A DNA stretch of 62,830 nucleotides, filler included. It is 18 parts of 18 records of this genome, joined end to end, with 100 filler letters (N's around TTAATTAATTAA, not from the genome) between each part and the next. Parts side by side here need not be neighbours in the genome. Positions count along the whole stretch, not along the records: positions 8,225 to 12,186 come from SRR16133337_10927; positions 12,287 to 15,686 come from SRR16133337_11058; positions 15,787 to 18,205 come from SRR16133337_11225; positions 18,306 to 21,470 come from SRR16133337_11401; positions 21,571 to 23,573 come from SRR16133337_11403; positions 23,674 to 28,467 come from SRR16133337_11449; 12 more parts are not named here. The stretch is one strand, 5' to 3'. This document shows, piece after piece, positions 11,213 to 23,917 of this stretch. The position numbers were made by a program, and so were the translations under genes. The number at the start of each line of letters is the position of its first letter. Position 1 is the stretch's first letter. The notes under the pieces were generated by a model, which worked only from the letters and a program-made list of their open reading frames with translations, did not search any database and had not been told where the DNA came from.

Positions 11213-12913
11213 GTGAATGAAAAGGCCAGTGAAACAAACGCTTGGAGAAAAAGCTAAGCTACTTGGCTCCAGGAACGAGACAACAGTTGACTACACGTAA
11301 GTTACCAGCACGAGCAACTGGTCTGGGTTTTTTTAAAGCCAATTAAATAATCGCCTTGAAGGCACCACATTGCTGCTCTATTTATACACCGCAAAGCTTT
11401 CTCAACGATTGACTCACATTACTTGTCAAGGCCTGGGCTCTGGTAACTCCGCGTTTTCGCTTGTGCAAATGTAAGCGCGCATTGTTGTCACAATTCAAAA
11501 ATTAATTCAAGTCAAATGGTAATCATTTATGTACACAATGGAAATATGCATTTTCATGGGCCAAAGATTATCGTGGCACCTTCCACACATTACAAAAGCT
11601 CACAAAAGCTCACAAAAGCGCCATGCAATAGCTTTTGTAATAGCCGCTGCGTGCACTCAAATGGACCCTCGACAAAGCCTGTACACACCTTCAAACGCAT
11701 TCTCTCGCAAAGTTAGAAAATCAGAATTTTCCAGGGTTTTTTTATCTGTAAAATACTGATCAACCACAGATTTTTACGACCAGCAGAACGATTTTCATTG
11801 TGTGCAATGTAACTTGCCTCTGCAGCCGTGAGATATATGAATGGCAAAATATCATCGCGTGACCCAAAACGTAGTGCTCGAGCCTCTAGTCATATGATAA
11901 TTGAACTGCAAATCAGTGTTTTTTCATGCATTCGGTTTGTGAAAGACATATTCTGGAAAATATAGAAAAGTGAACTGTAGCACGGTATATTCTGAGGTAC
12001 CCCCTCTCCCTCCACCCATTAAAACCCGATAACTGTGCATAAACAAAGGAGTGTGTTTACTATGAGGGGAGGATGTTACAAAATTCTCTGTACTTGCCCA
12101 CCTAACCCACCCACATGTACACCTCAAAACAAGGATGCGGTTTTTACTATGTTTTTGTATCCACACACACACACACACACACACACNNNNNNNNNNNNNN
12201 NNNNNNNNNNNNNNNNNNNNNNNNNNNNNNTTAATTAATTAANNNNNNNNNNNNNNNNNNNNNNNNNNNNNNNNNNNNNNNNNNNNTTAACTATGTTTTG
12301 CCTGTTCACTCATGTTTTTCTCTGACGGTTGGTTTCCAAAATAATTTTGGTTCATTTTCATCGCGACCTCTTAAATCTACAAAAATAGAAACAAGGTCAA
12401 TTACTACCTGTAAAAGATTGTTTCGTGAACTAAACACTTTTGTTTTTTTTAAAAAAAAACATCAAAATACACGTGTTATATGGTTGTGAGCATTGACATT
12501 TGGCACATTTTTACATTAAACCTAGTGGATCTCCATTTTTCAAAATTTTTTTTCTACAAAGGAAAAACGTGTTCATTTAAAAAGTATCAGTCATAAGTGT
12601 ATCGAAATAGTAGTTGCTCCCCTCCCACGCACCTCTTCACACAGCCACCCTATCCGTTTACTCGACTAGATATCACTCTGTGTCAAATGATGTTCAGAAG
12701 GACGCTCGCTATACATGGGAAACATTCTTTCAACATACAATTTCTTCCCAAAAACGAACGAGAAAAAAAATCAGGTATTGATTTTTCATTTTTTCGTTCA
12801 AAACCTAAAATTAATCCCATTCCTTCAATTTTTTTTTTGAAAATGAATAAGATACCTATTGGCTTGTGACCTGATAGTTTTAACGCGAATATTTTTGTTT
12901 TGTATGTTCTCAG

Positions 12914-14710
12914 GGTCCGGGTAACATTCCTAAAGACGAAATGTGGCGTATTCACACAGAATTGCAGGATGAACCGATGGATATTGATAAATTTCTTCCA
13001 ATGGATGATATTGAATTTGTTCGAAATACCGCCTCAACGATATGCTACACGGAATTTAGTGGTTAGTAGGGACACTGCACATTTCTGCCAGGTATCAAAA
13101 GTCGATAAACACAATTAAGTGACAAAAAAGATTATGTTGAAACATTTTTTCCTGAGAATTGCATTCAAGAATGTGTATTATTTTGCTCTTTGCCGCCATT
13201 TGAAAGTTGGTCCCAAAACATTTGTGATATATAATAGTAATAGAACACCCAACTTCCTTCAAATAATCACTCACATCCTTTTAATTTCAAAATTTATATA
13301 CATTTTCACATTTCTTCACACACCACTCTTCCACACCCACCTTCATATAGGCATTTTTTGGCGATTTCCAAATTTAAAAAAGGACCTAAAAAGACAGTCC
13401 TTGTTGTTGTTGTTTTTAATTGAGTGTCAGTAACTGTTTCCATATTCGAGGGCACAGACTTTTAAATACTTTTCTCGATGTTAACGTCGAGTGGGTACAC
13501 AATAATTTGGTGAACTATTAATTCGACCATGCAGATTTCAAAAAGCATGTTTGATTTTCTTCAAATGCGATGGTTGGCAAAAATAATTTATTTGTGCAAA
13601 GTAGTGAAAAAATGAAAATGACTGATTTTTGTGAAATGACCTCCCCAACCAACGTGTCCACATGTTTTTACAAAACGTTCTTTGCAACATATACCGACTC
13701 AATTTTTCATTTTCCTATTTTGCAATGTTTTATTTTTCATTCCAGAAACTCAGAAATCAAGTGAAATATTTCTCCAGGGGCAACAATTCGTGGAACTCTG
13801 TTTTTTATTGCTCTCCATTGTTTCCGCGCTGTTTCCTAACGTTTTCCTAACGTTTTTACGGACATACAGTGTAAGTTAAGAAATTAGGCGGTTGGGCGAC
13901 ACAATGTGGGGTTTTTTTCGCTGCGCTAGCAGCGTGAGCACTGTTTGGAAAAATTATTTTCGAGTGGATGTTTGTGACGAAACCGACATTGTGTTTGGAA
14001 ACAAGCTGGATTTTTGTACTGTTTAAACGACAATGCGTGATAATAAAAACAGTGTAGATTGGTACAAGAAATCTCAGTTTTCATTTTTGGAGAAATATCC
14101 GAATATGTCGCTAAAAAACCTAACAGACACCGGATTAGAAAATTATTCTTGTCGTAGGAGGGCCTAGGGTGGTGTGCGGTAAATATTTCGAAAATTAATG
14201 AAATCATGTAGGCGTTTTCGTTGTTTTCGCAAATGGCACGGTATTTCATTTCACTGGCACGGTATTTTGTTATCAAGATGTTATGTGGAAATGTGAAAAA
14301 CAGAATTCCAAAAGCAATCCCTTGTTTTTACTCTAATGTAAAGAACACTAACTTCAAGGATATTTATGTTCAAAATTTGGAACGTGTGTGGGTGTGTATA
14401 TCCAACAAAATATGTTGACAAAAAGTTTTCATTTGTAAAATACAATGTTTTAGATTTCACAAATGAAAATCAGATTGTATGAATCATTTCATTATTTGTT
14501 CTACAAAACAATCGTGAAATGTGGGGCAAATTTACTCCAACAATTCAATGTCTTCATACAGTGTGTATATGCGTGTCTTCTTAGTTCCTTCAACGATGTA
14601 CCTTGCGATAAAGTATTGCGAAGATTTTGAAAATGCGCTCGTGAGTTCGACTAACTGCGGTGGTGACACTTGTGGGCGAAATGGAATTCTTGGTGCAGTG
14701 ATGGGCGCAT
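12914..14710 (+). CDS. Eukaryotic spliced gene (partial): ADP-ribosylglycohydrolase (ARH/DraG/crystallin J1) family, C-terminal region
   Basis: Exons 12914-13061 and 14585-14710 splice in phase to ...ASTICYTEFS-VPSTMYLAIKYCEDFENALVSSTNCGGDTCGRNGILGAVMGA. Confidence 0.8.
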
Positions 14711-16419
14711 GTAAGTGCTTTCATGGATTCGGGTAGCAGATGGGAGGTGGAGTATGGGTGAAGGGAGTGTTGTGACGTGTGTGGGAGTTGGGGTGGGAGT
14801 TGGTGGGTGGGCGGTGTGATGTGGTTGATGAAAAAAACTACTCGCTTTTCAATTTTGAGTGTGTGTGCGTCTTGGTGGGCGCTATCACTGAGCAAATTGG
14901 TTACCACCAGCTCTAACATTTATCGATTATTGGAGTAGATGCGGATGTTATTTGGCGAAAATTTGATTCTTAATTTTTGTTAGTGAAACTTCACAAACTC
15001 AATAATTTTCGCATGAGACATGAAATACAACTTGAATTTCATCATAATGTTAAGAAAAATATGTTACATCTTTCAAAACATAAAACATAAAAGTGTAAGG
15101 TTTGATACTGTAAATTTCCTGGTCGTAACCCTTCCACCAGCACAACATCCTTCCACTCTCTTCCACACCTCTGCTCTAACTTGAGGCTCGAGTTTTGTTT
15201 CTCCCTCACTCTCAGATCTTAGGGCACTCCGAGATCGTAGGCAGCCCTCCTCACACTCACCGCCACCCCACACGCGCACTTCCATAACATAAATTTGGAG
15301 AGAAGTTAAGAAATTCGATGTGTGTGCAGGGCTGGACATCTGTTATTTGGATTTTTCAGAAATAAGTATCCCTTCTGGTATTTAAACATATGCCTATGAA
15401 AAAATTGGAGTGTAGGACAAAATATAATTTCGAGAGTTTTTTTCATTGTTTTGTTTGTCCAATCCTTTTATGGTGTGGAAATATTCTATCAATACTTAAG
15501 ACTTTTTTTATTGGAAACAAGTTTTTGGGACACCAATTTTTTATTGGTTCATTGGTTTTTTCACAAAAAATGAAGGGTCTTGGTGAGTTTCATTTTTCTG
15601 TAAAATGTCACAGTAATTTTTTACGACTCTAAAAACAAACACAAATTCCCACTATCGAATGTAAAAATTTGCACATGAGTTTTGTCNNNNNNNNNNNNNN
15701 NNNNNNNNNNNNNNNNNNNNNNNNNNNNNNTTAATTAATTAANNNNNNNNNNNNNNNNNNNNNNNNNNNNNNNNNNNNNNNNNNNNATCCCCCTCCACAC
15801 ACACACACACACACACCTACAACATTTGCTCATCCCTAATTCAACCACACACATCCACATCACAGCTAAGTAAGCACACCACATACACCTCCCTAACAAA
15901 GCTTTTTCTTCGACAAAAACGCGGGCATTACCACCCTTGTTTTTTTCAAAAACAGCACTTTTTCTATTTGAAAATCACAAAAAAACTTACGTGTAGGTGG
16001 ATGTGATGGGAGTGATTCATACTCCGTTGGACCATGTATTAAAATTAATAACAGTCTCCTCCACATACGCCCTTCGCCACCCCTTCCACACACACATCAC
16101 ATTACACACCGTTCACTCTCACCTCACGTCTCACACTGCCATCTAGTTTCATTTCACCTGCAGATAATGTGATAATTAATAAACATTGTTTTGTGTTTCG
16201 GATATTTTCGTGACTGTGAAATATATTTCTATCACTTTTTGGTAAGCAGAAATTTACTGTGTCTGTATGAGGGTTTAAATACAGTTTAAATTAACATTTT
16301 AAATCACACTAAGTGTAAGTTGGAGAAGGGGTATGGGGTGGTTGGATGTAACAAAAACATTTGTTTTTCTTTTTTTTCTTACTCATTGAGGTGTTTTAAT
16401 AAATATTTCATCGTTTTAG

Positions 16420-16659
16420 TTATGTGCTCCGAAAAACTGGATTTTGTTGTCCTCCTTGATACGAGCAGTTCAATCGCCGAATGGGAATCGGATATTATCA
16501 AAAGTTTTCTTGCAGACATGGTTGGATATTTTGAAATAGGACGAGCGACAGTCCGCGTGGCATTAGTCACATTTTCGGATAGACCCATCACTGTGTTCGA
16601 TTTTGATGAGTATGACTCGAAAGAAGAGATTATAGGTGCTATCTTACAAGCACAACATG
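16420..16659 (+). CDS. Eukaryotic exon encoding the N-terminal half of a von Willebrand factor A domain
   Basis: AG/GT-bounded 240-bp exon: LDFVVLLDTSSSI (MIDAS DxSxS)...FEIGRATVRVALVTFSD. Confidence 0.88.
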
Positions 16660-18370
16660 GTATGTTTTTCTGTCGAACGCGTGTATTTATTCATTGGAAG
16701 ACAACGGTACATAAGACCATATCGATGAATCCACCCCCTATCTTGCATCCACTTTCAAGGGTCATTATTTTCAAAACCGAATATGTTGGGCTGCATGGTG
16801 TGCGTGGCGTATCTCGTGACAAAATTTTTATTTTGTGAAAAAAAAAATAGTTTTTCACAAATGAACTGTTGGTGTGGAAACTACCTTCCTTTCACTTTTT
16901 TCAAGAGACTTTCATGAAAATATGACAATTAGATATATCTTGATCAAACGTGATGAGAATGTGATGTTCACGTTGTGAAAAAGTTAGAAATGCCGACAGT
17001 GTTTCACTAATGTTCCAAATTTACGCGCACACGTAAAATGAAAATCAAATTTCAAGTATATAAAATTTTGAAGATTTGATGCATTGTTTAGGAGAAACCT
17101 CTCTCACAACCATCCACAACCACACACAACTACACCCACCCGACACATTTAATATTTTTTAGATAATTTTCAAATAAAACAGTGGTGTTATTGAACAAAC
17201 CAAGCACTACGCATATTTCGAATAACATTGTTGAAGTGTGTTTGTGTGGTTGCGAGTGGAGTGTGTGCGGCGATGTGGCGGATTCTTACTCTGTTAGTCC
17301 TTGTACACTTAAAAAAATGCTCAAATTATCGTAAAACTTCCTTAAGGGGCCATCCGTTATTTACGTAAACGTTGGAGGTAAGTAGGGTGGTGGAGTGTGG
17401 GTGGGTGGTACCTGCAATGTTTATGTCAACGTGTAATCCTTTGTAAATACGCTCACAAAAATGTTTGTGTAGGATGCAAGGGGAGACGGAGTAAAAAATT
17501 AGGTTTTTGCGTGTACGTAAATAATGGATGGCCAGGAGGTTATGTCTTTTGAATAAGGAGTGGATTGGTCTCGGTTGGGTCAAGGTACTGCAGTGTTCAG
17601 GTATTAATGTGAAACAAATATGAAAGGTAGTTTCATCAACTACATGTACCTGATGTTCATTTTTTTCCCAAATGATTTTTCCAACTGAAATTCAGGTTCC
17701 AAATTGAAAATAGTAAAAAAAAAATTAAATGCAGGAACAATTGAAAATGGACAAGTATCTTGAGTCTCTAATCACTTTTTCTATGTCTCACATCATTGGC
17801 ATGTAAGACAAATTGGTTGCTGGAAAAAAAGTACTGGCAAACCAATGATTTCGTGTTTTATCAATGAATAACACACATTCCTTCCACACATCCTTCGAAA
17901 TTTGAAAAGTTGGGTTTTTTAACGTTCGCAACAATGTATTTTCGTGTTTTTTGTGAACCATTTTGTGAAATGTGTAAATTAGTGAAATTCAGATCGCTTT
18001 TCATATTTTGTTTTTGTAAAATTTTGCGAAAACGCGACTTTTTGCGAAAATACAGATATTTATTTTCGCCTAATAAACCTTCTATCTTTGAAAACCGAAA
18101 AGTTTGGAAATTGAAAAAAATTGTGAAGTAACACCTCTACGCTTGCACACTCCAAATCGATCCAACACATAAATAGAAAAGAGAGAGATTAAAAATACAT
18201 GTTTTNNNNNNNNNNNNNNNNNNNNNNNNNNNNNNNNNNNNNNNNNNNNTTAATTAATTAANNNNNNNNNNNNNNNNNNNNNNNNNNNNNNNNNNNNNNN
18301 NNNNNCAACAGTTAAACAATTTTCACTTTTGCCTATAGCCTTGAAGAAGGCAAGCCCAAAACCATCTTTA

Positions 18371-18946
18371 TTAATTTCCTGCTACAACCACTGAAAAAGT
18401 AACTTCCACATCAGTCTCTCCTCCTGCATTTGTAAGATCTCCATCCACAACACCCATAGCACTTTTCTGAGGTTCGTGACGTAAAATAATTGTAACCTTT
18501 CCTGAACCACTGGAAGACGAAGTGCTAAGTGTAAAATCAATTCCTATGGGTTGTCTATTTACATCCTCATCTTTGTACTCAGCCACGAAACCTAAGCTAT
18601 CTGAAAATTGATAAAAAAATTGGTGAGCATCTCCTTCTTCTTTCACCTCTTCCGTAATATTTTCTGCAGGGGTTTCTGTTTCATTAAGCAAAAGAATGCT
18701 TCCATCATAAATTGTATTTACAACCAAATCTCCAGAAACAGATACAAGAGGTGCTTCAGGACCTTCTCCGTCCCTATCTTTGGATTCTAAAATAATGGGG
18801 ATTCCTTCCCCAGTTGGAGTTAGTGTAATCCTCACGGTTGTGATCAATTCCTCTTCATTGATCACAATCGGATCATCTGTTTGTGTACAAGAAACGGTGA
18901 TAAAACTAAAAAAGGATGCCAATGTTAAAAATGGAATGGTTTTCAT
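18371..18946 (-). CDS. Lipoprotein associated with the TonB receptor (Bacteroidetes family; possible metal-uptake partner)
   Basis: Lipobox ITVSC, EEELITTV, HQFFY, LRHEP, GGETDVEV. Lies directly downstream of the receptor. Confidence 0.75.
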   Translation of the reverse strand: MKTIPFLTLASFFSFITVSCTQTDDPIVINEEELITTVRITLTPTGEGIPIILESKDRDGEGPEAPLVSVSGDLVVNTIYDGSILLLNETETPAENITEEVKEEGDAHQFFYQFSDSLGFVAEYKDEDVNRQPIGIDFTLSTSSSSGSGKVTIILRHEPQKSAMGVVDGDLTNAGGETDVEVTFSVVVAGN

Positions 18947-18983
18947 ACGAATGGTGTTTTTAAAAATGAATATTTTGGGTTTT

Positions 18984-21398
18984 TTAATACTTGTATTTTA
19001 ATTGAATTGAAAAATTTCTTCCTTGATCGTCAACGTAATATCGTTGACGGTTTAAATAATCTCTGTAAACAATATCTAATATATTTTGCACGGAAACCCC
19101 AAAAGTCAATTTGGATTCTTTAGAAATCTCAAAGACTATTTCTGAATATAAATTCAGTAGGTAATAAGCATTTGGGGGTTGACTTATTTCTACCAAAATA
19201 TCTTCTGTTATAGGAGTCGTTGGATTAAAAATGGGATACAAAAAATCATTGTCAGGAAAACGTGTTTGTTCTAAATGGACTTCACTTTCAAGTGCTACTT
19301 TCAAATTGTGAAATTTAGCATTTCTAAAGCGAAACCTGTTTTTTATTGTGGGTACAGGCATATAAATCAAAGGTCTTTCTCTATCCAAATCTTGCCCATA
19401 AATAAATTCAAATCCAATGTTTGTATCCAAATAATCTGAAAAAATATACGCCCCATAGAAATCAATTCCCATGAATAAGGCATTGACTTGTTTGTATTCC
19501 CAAACTAAAAAGCTTCCTCTCAAAGTGGATTCAATATCACGAGGTTCCAAAGTCACAAAATTAAGAATCTTGTTTGCATAGGCTTCAATATCAAAACTCC
19601 ATTTTTTATAATTTCCGTCTAAAGACAAAGAGGTTTTAACGGCTATTTCTTTCTGTAATCCTAAGTCTCCAAGTTCAATAGCCCCTGCAGAATGATGCAA
19701 ACCATCGCTAAAAAATTCTGAAGGATTTGGAACTCTGGAGGCCGTACTCAAATTTGCTTTTAAATTGAGTCCTTCTTTTGCTAGGTATTGAATTCCCAAA
19801 GAACCCGAAAATGCAGCGTTGTTAAAAACAGGATTTGTTAGCCATTGTGTTCCGTAATCTTCACGAATAAATTTCTTAAAGTTACGATCATAATTGCGTT
19901 CTTCCCAACGAGATTTTAAATAGAATTTTTTGGCATCTATTCTTGAAAAATCATAACGTACTCCTGTATCAATAATCACCTCATCGTTTCGTTGATAGCT
20001 TCCTAAAGCATATATGCCTGCGGTATACATGATGTAGTCTGGAATCAATCTTCTAATTCCTGTATTGGGATTCGGATAATTGACTTGATGTACAATTTCG
20101 AATCCCAAATTTGCCTTAAAATCGGTATCTGCATCATATTCAAAACTGGAATTGAGAGTATGTGTTGTTAACTCCATATCTAAAGAAGCCGTTTCCTCTT
20201 TAATTCCTTTACGAATATCAAATTCTTTTCTTTGGTTGAATTGATAAGCGTATTGCAAAGAAAACTTTCCAGCATTTTCGAACCGTTTAAAGAAATTTAG
20301 TTTTGCCAATTGATGTGTTACTTCTTGTTTAGGTTCTGAAATTTCATAGGTAAATTCCTTAATAATAAGCGGCTTTTGACTGTTGATTGCATTTACCAAA
20401 TCTGAAGTATTTCCAATATGCGAAGCTCTTAATATGCCCACTTCTGTTTGAAAAAAGCTGTAATAACTCTCAAATCCATATGTAAATTTATTTAGACCCA
20501 CCCCAAAAGAAAAATCATTTTCTCGAAGCCCCGTATTGGAAAGTACATATTTGGGCGTTTCTAAGTCTCCAAAATACTTGTGGGTGCCTTGTCCTTTAAA
20601 ATACCATCCCCTTTTAGAGGCTTTTAATAGGTTTGAGGTGATACTACTTCCACGACCATTACTGTCTATTGCAATGCTTGTACCTCCATAAATGGTGTCC
20701 TTTACAGGGGCTTTATCAGGGCTAACAATAACAACCCCGCCTATAGCATCTCCTCCATATTGCAAAGCAGAGGCTCCTTTTACAACGGTAAGTTGCGTTG
20801 CTGCATTGATATCTAAATTGGGGGCATGTTCTATTCCCCACTCCTGATCTTGCAAACGCACATGGTTATGGATTATCAAAACTCGACTACTATGTAAACC
20901 ATGAATAATAGGTTTTACAAGGGTACTTCCTGTATTCAAAGAAGAAACTCCTTTAATTTCTTTAAGAGCTTCTCCTAAAGAAGCATTACTGTATTTTTCT
21001 ATAGTTTCTATTCCTAAAGATTTATACATCCCCGAATTCCTTTTATTTATAGAAAATTGTGAGAGAATCTGAACTTCATTTAATTCTTCTAAATGATGTT
21101 CTAATCTAAAATTTTGAACCTGTGTTTTGTATACATGAATTGTTTGGAGAAGTGTTTCACAACCTAAATGTGAAATTTCAAATTCATAAACCCCTTCACA
21201 CACGTTTTCTATTTGATAATACCCGTTACTATCGGTAACTGCATATTTACTTAGACTTTTAATTTGTACTACAGAGTTTATCAATGCAGTACCCTCATGA
21301 AAATCTGTAATTTTTCCTGACAATTGATACGGACATTCTTGTGCACTTATAAGAGTACTTCCTAAACATAGAAAAACTCCAAAGAGATAGGTTTTCAT
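18984..21398 (-). CDS. TonB-dependent receptor
   Basis: 804 aa. CarboxypepD_reg-like N-domain, plug KPIIHGLHSSR..WGIEHAP..VVKGASALQYGGDAIGGV, C-terminal GRNFSIQLKYKY. Confidence 0.92.
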   Translation of the reverse strand: MKTYLFGVFLCLGSTLISAQECPYQLSGKITDFHEGTALINSVVQIKSLSKYAVTDSNGYYQIENVCEGVYEFEISHLGCETLLQTIHVYKTQVQNFRLEHHLEELNEVQILSQFSINKRNSGMYKSLGIETIEKYSNASLGEALKEIKGVSSLNTGSTLVKPIIHGLHSSRVLIIHNHVRLQDQEWGIEHAPNLDINAATQLTVVKGASALQYGGDAIGGVVIVSPDKAPVKDTIYGGTSIAIDSNGRGSSITSNLLKASKRGWYFKGQGTHKYFGDLETPKYVLSNTGLRENDFSFGVGLNKFTYGFESYYSFFQTEVGILRASHIGNTSDLVNAINSQKPLIIKEFTYEISEPKQEVTHQLAKLNFFKRFENAGKFSLQYAYQFNQRKEFDIRKGIKEETASLDMELTTHTLNSSFEYDADTDFKANLGFEIVHQVNYPNPNTGIRRLIPDYIMYTAGIYALGSYQRNDEVIIDTGVRYDFSRIDAKKFYLKSRWEERNYDRNFKKFIREDYGTQWLTNPVFNNAAFSGSLGIQYLAKEGLNLKANLSTASRVPNPSEFFSDGLHHSAGAIELGDLGLQKEIAVKTSLSLDGNYKKWSFDIEAYANKILNFVTLEPRDIESTLRGSFLVWEYKQVNALFMGIDFYGAYIFSDYLDTNIGFEFIYGQDLDRERPLIYMPVPTIKNRFRFRNAKFHNLKVALESEVHLEQTRFPDNDFLYPIFNPTTPITEDILVEISQPPNAYYLLNLYSEIVFEISKESKLTFGVSVQNILDIVYRDYLNRQRYYVDDQGRNFSIQLKYKY

Positions 21399-21425
21399 TA
21401 AATTTTGATTTAATAAGGTGGATTA

Positions 21426-21470
21426 GATACTCCGCCCGGGTAGAAACCCGAAAATTTTAGGCTTGCTATT
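21426..21470 (+). mobile_element. Putative IS/MITE terminus, copy A
   Basis: GATACTCCGCCCGGGTAGAAACCCGAAA, nearly identical to 59281-59308, running into the contig end. Confidence 0.6.
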
Positions 21471-21868
21471 NNNNNNNNNNNNNNNNNNNNNNNNNNNNNN
21501 NNNNNNNNNNNNNNTTAATTAATTAANNNNNNNNNNNNNNNNNNNNNNNNNNNNNNNNNNNNNNNNNNNNGAAAAACACAGCTGAAGAATATCATGTATG
21601 AATTTTCTTCATCGCACCAGCTGTACGTGTGCAATTCTTTGTTTTAGATTGGAGATTGCATAAGGGAAAGGTGATGATAGTAAATATGTCCTGCTGAGAT
21701 CCCAACCACGTAGATAGATAGCTCGGTTGCGCAATTGCAGTTCTGGTTCAGGGTTGCGGCATAAAGTTTTTGCTCACGAAAAAATTACAAGATATCATGC
21801 TCCCAAAAAATAAAGCCTTACCCTCCTAGCCAATAAAATTTTAACCTAAACTTTTGTAAAAGAACACC

Positions 21869-22652
21869 ATGTCTGAAAGTCAAGTTTCTCGGTTGATGCG
21901 CATTCGAAGAACGGTTCATGAGGTGTGTTATCATTTAATAAGGGGTTCGAAATTGTTGTCCTTATTTTTCTGAGTGCGTGGAAAAAACTGTGCAGAATTT
22001 TCTTCATAACTAAAGGTACAATTCAACATAAATTTCATGAATTTATGTGAATAAGATTTTGAAATGTGCACTCCTCACCTCCATTTCGTTTCTAAATTTT
22101 CTAGCCCGTTTGTTGTGGCACACCCCGTAAACTCTGTAATTTTCTTGTAGAATGTTAAAGTTTTTCGCAAAGGCATGATTTTTTTATGCGATGTGTTATG
22201 TGAATTGATGTATTTTCCATGAGGAAGAATCACATGGTAATTTTGAATTGCTTTGTTCAGTTTTACGTTTAGCGCTGAACCAATATTTGAGCTTTTTTGA
22301 CATTCCTAAATGTGCCGGATTGAAACAAACTTTAAAGGATCCGGCCGCGTATCCCTCCCTCACTTTACTGGATTCACATCTTTTTCGCTGCACGGTTTTC
22401 CGTTTGTTTTTGTTTGTTTTTCTGTAAGGCACAAAACATTCAAGATACTCTTGAATTTCATGTTAAAATTAAGATCACCTTTTTGTGTCAAAAGGGAACG
22501 TATTTTGGCACAACGATTACGTCGATGTTTTCCGTTTAAATGGCGTGTCTTCGTGTTTTGTAGATGTTGCATGATCGTGGTTATCTTGTGGCTGATTCAG
22601 ATTTGAACATGGATCGCGAAACTTTTGTTGAGAAATTTGGTGAATATCCGAG
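21869..22652 (+). CDS. RPB5: DNA-directed RNA polymerase I/II/III subunit RPB5 (first two exons)
   Basis: Exon 21869-21922 (MSESQVSRLMRIRRTVHE) and exon 22564-22652 (MLHDRGYLVADSDLNMDRETFVEKFGEYP) join in phase 0 and match the RPB5 N-terminus. Confidence 0.88.
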
Positions 22653-23917
22653 GTAAGGGAAGCATTTTTTTTAAAAAAGAGCGTTATTTTTAAGGATTGT
22701 CATCCATTGGCGAGTGTACGCTTTAAAACATAATGGTCGCTGAGTTATTGGAATTAGCATTTTCATTTTTTGTACTATGCCCACGGGGGATTGGTTTAAA
22801 AATCTCGATTTTTGAGGAACAAATATAAAATTCGACTTATTTTTTGACAGGTACTACACCAGAGGTTGCAAACGAAAAACCAAATGTCATTTTAAAACGT
22901 TCGAAATGAATAAGTGAACAAAGAAGATTTTTGCCAAAAATCAACTATTAATGCCGAAAATCAACTCTTTAACTGGAGAGCTGTGTTTTGATACGATACT
23001 GTGACGACACCCACAAACTGTTTTCTCTGATTGAATACATTTGCCAATGTATATAAATTTACAATTTCTCTGATTTTGAGTGAATGAGAAGAAAAACTGT
23101 ATTTCAATTAGTACACAACAGAATGTAGATGTTTTCGTGAAAGAACTGTGCCAAATAATTCAATGTGAAGTTGGCAGCCTTTTAGCCTTTCAGCTACTTA
23201 TTGTAAGTCGAAAGTCTTTATACTTGGCCAGCTGCGAAAGTTTCCGTAGAATATTCAATATAAGCCAGAAATTCTATTTTACCAAAATTATGGGACAAAA
23301 AATCAAAAAACTATAGAAAGCAATGAACATATACATTGAAATGCCACACAGTTTTTTTAAAATCCTATACAAATCGTACGTGGTATAAACTCCATCGTCT
23401 TTTATCAATAACCGACCACAACCACACATTCCGCCTCCACGCACGCACCCTATTATTAGTTATCTCTAACTGAAACAAATCATCAAATGTTTCAAATTTT
23501 TCCAAGAAATCATTTGGTTGTCATGTTTTTTCAAAACGTTTAAGTGAAAATTGTGGATTTCATGTTTTTCATCNNNNNNNNNNNNNNNNNNNNNNNNNNN
23601 NNNNNNNNNNNNNNNNNTTAATTAATTAANNNNNNNNNNNNNNNNNNNNNNNNNNNNNNNNNNNNNNNNNNNNTATATCTTTAATTAATTTGTCCTGTTA
23701 GTTGAGCAGCAGCCCTGAGTCGGCGGCCAAGTGGTGTGTGGCGGAGGCTGCGGTGGTGCAGTACAGTGGTGTAACAATACAATATGTTAACAATAAATAA
23801 ATTCTATATATATTTTGTAGGTAAACAAGCCAAGAGACCCTAACTAGTAAGTTAAAATATTTAAAATATTTAGGTACCTAACATCATTTAATATGATGAT
23901 AAGAACCAAGTTAAAGA

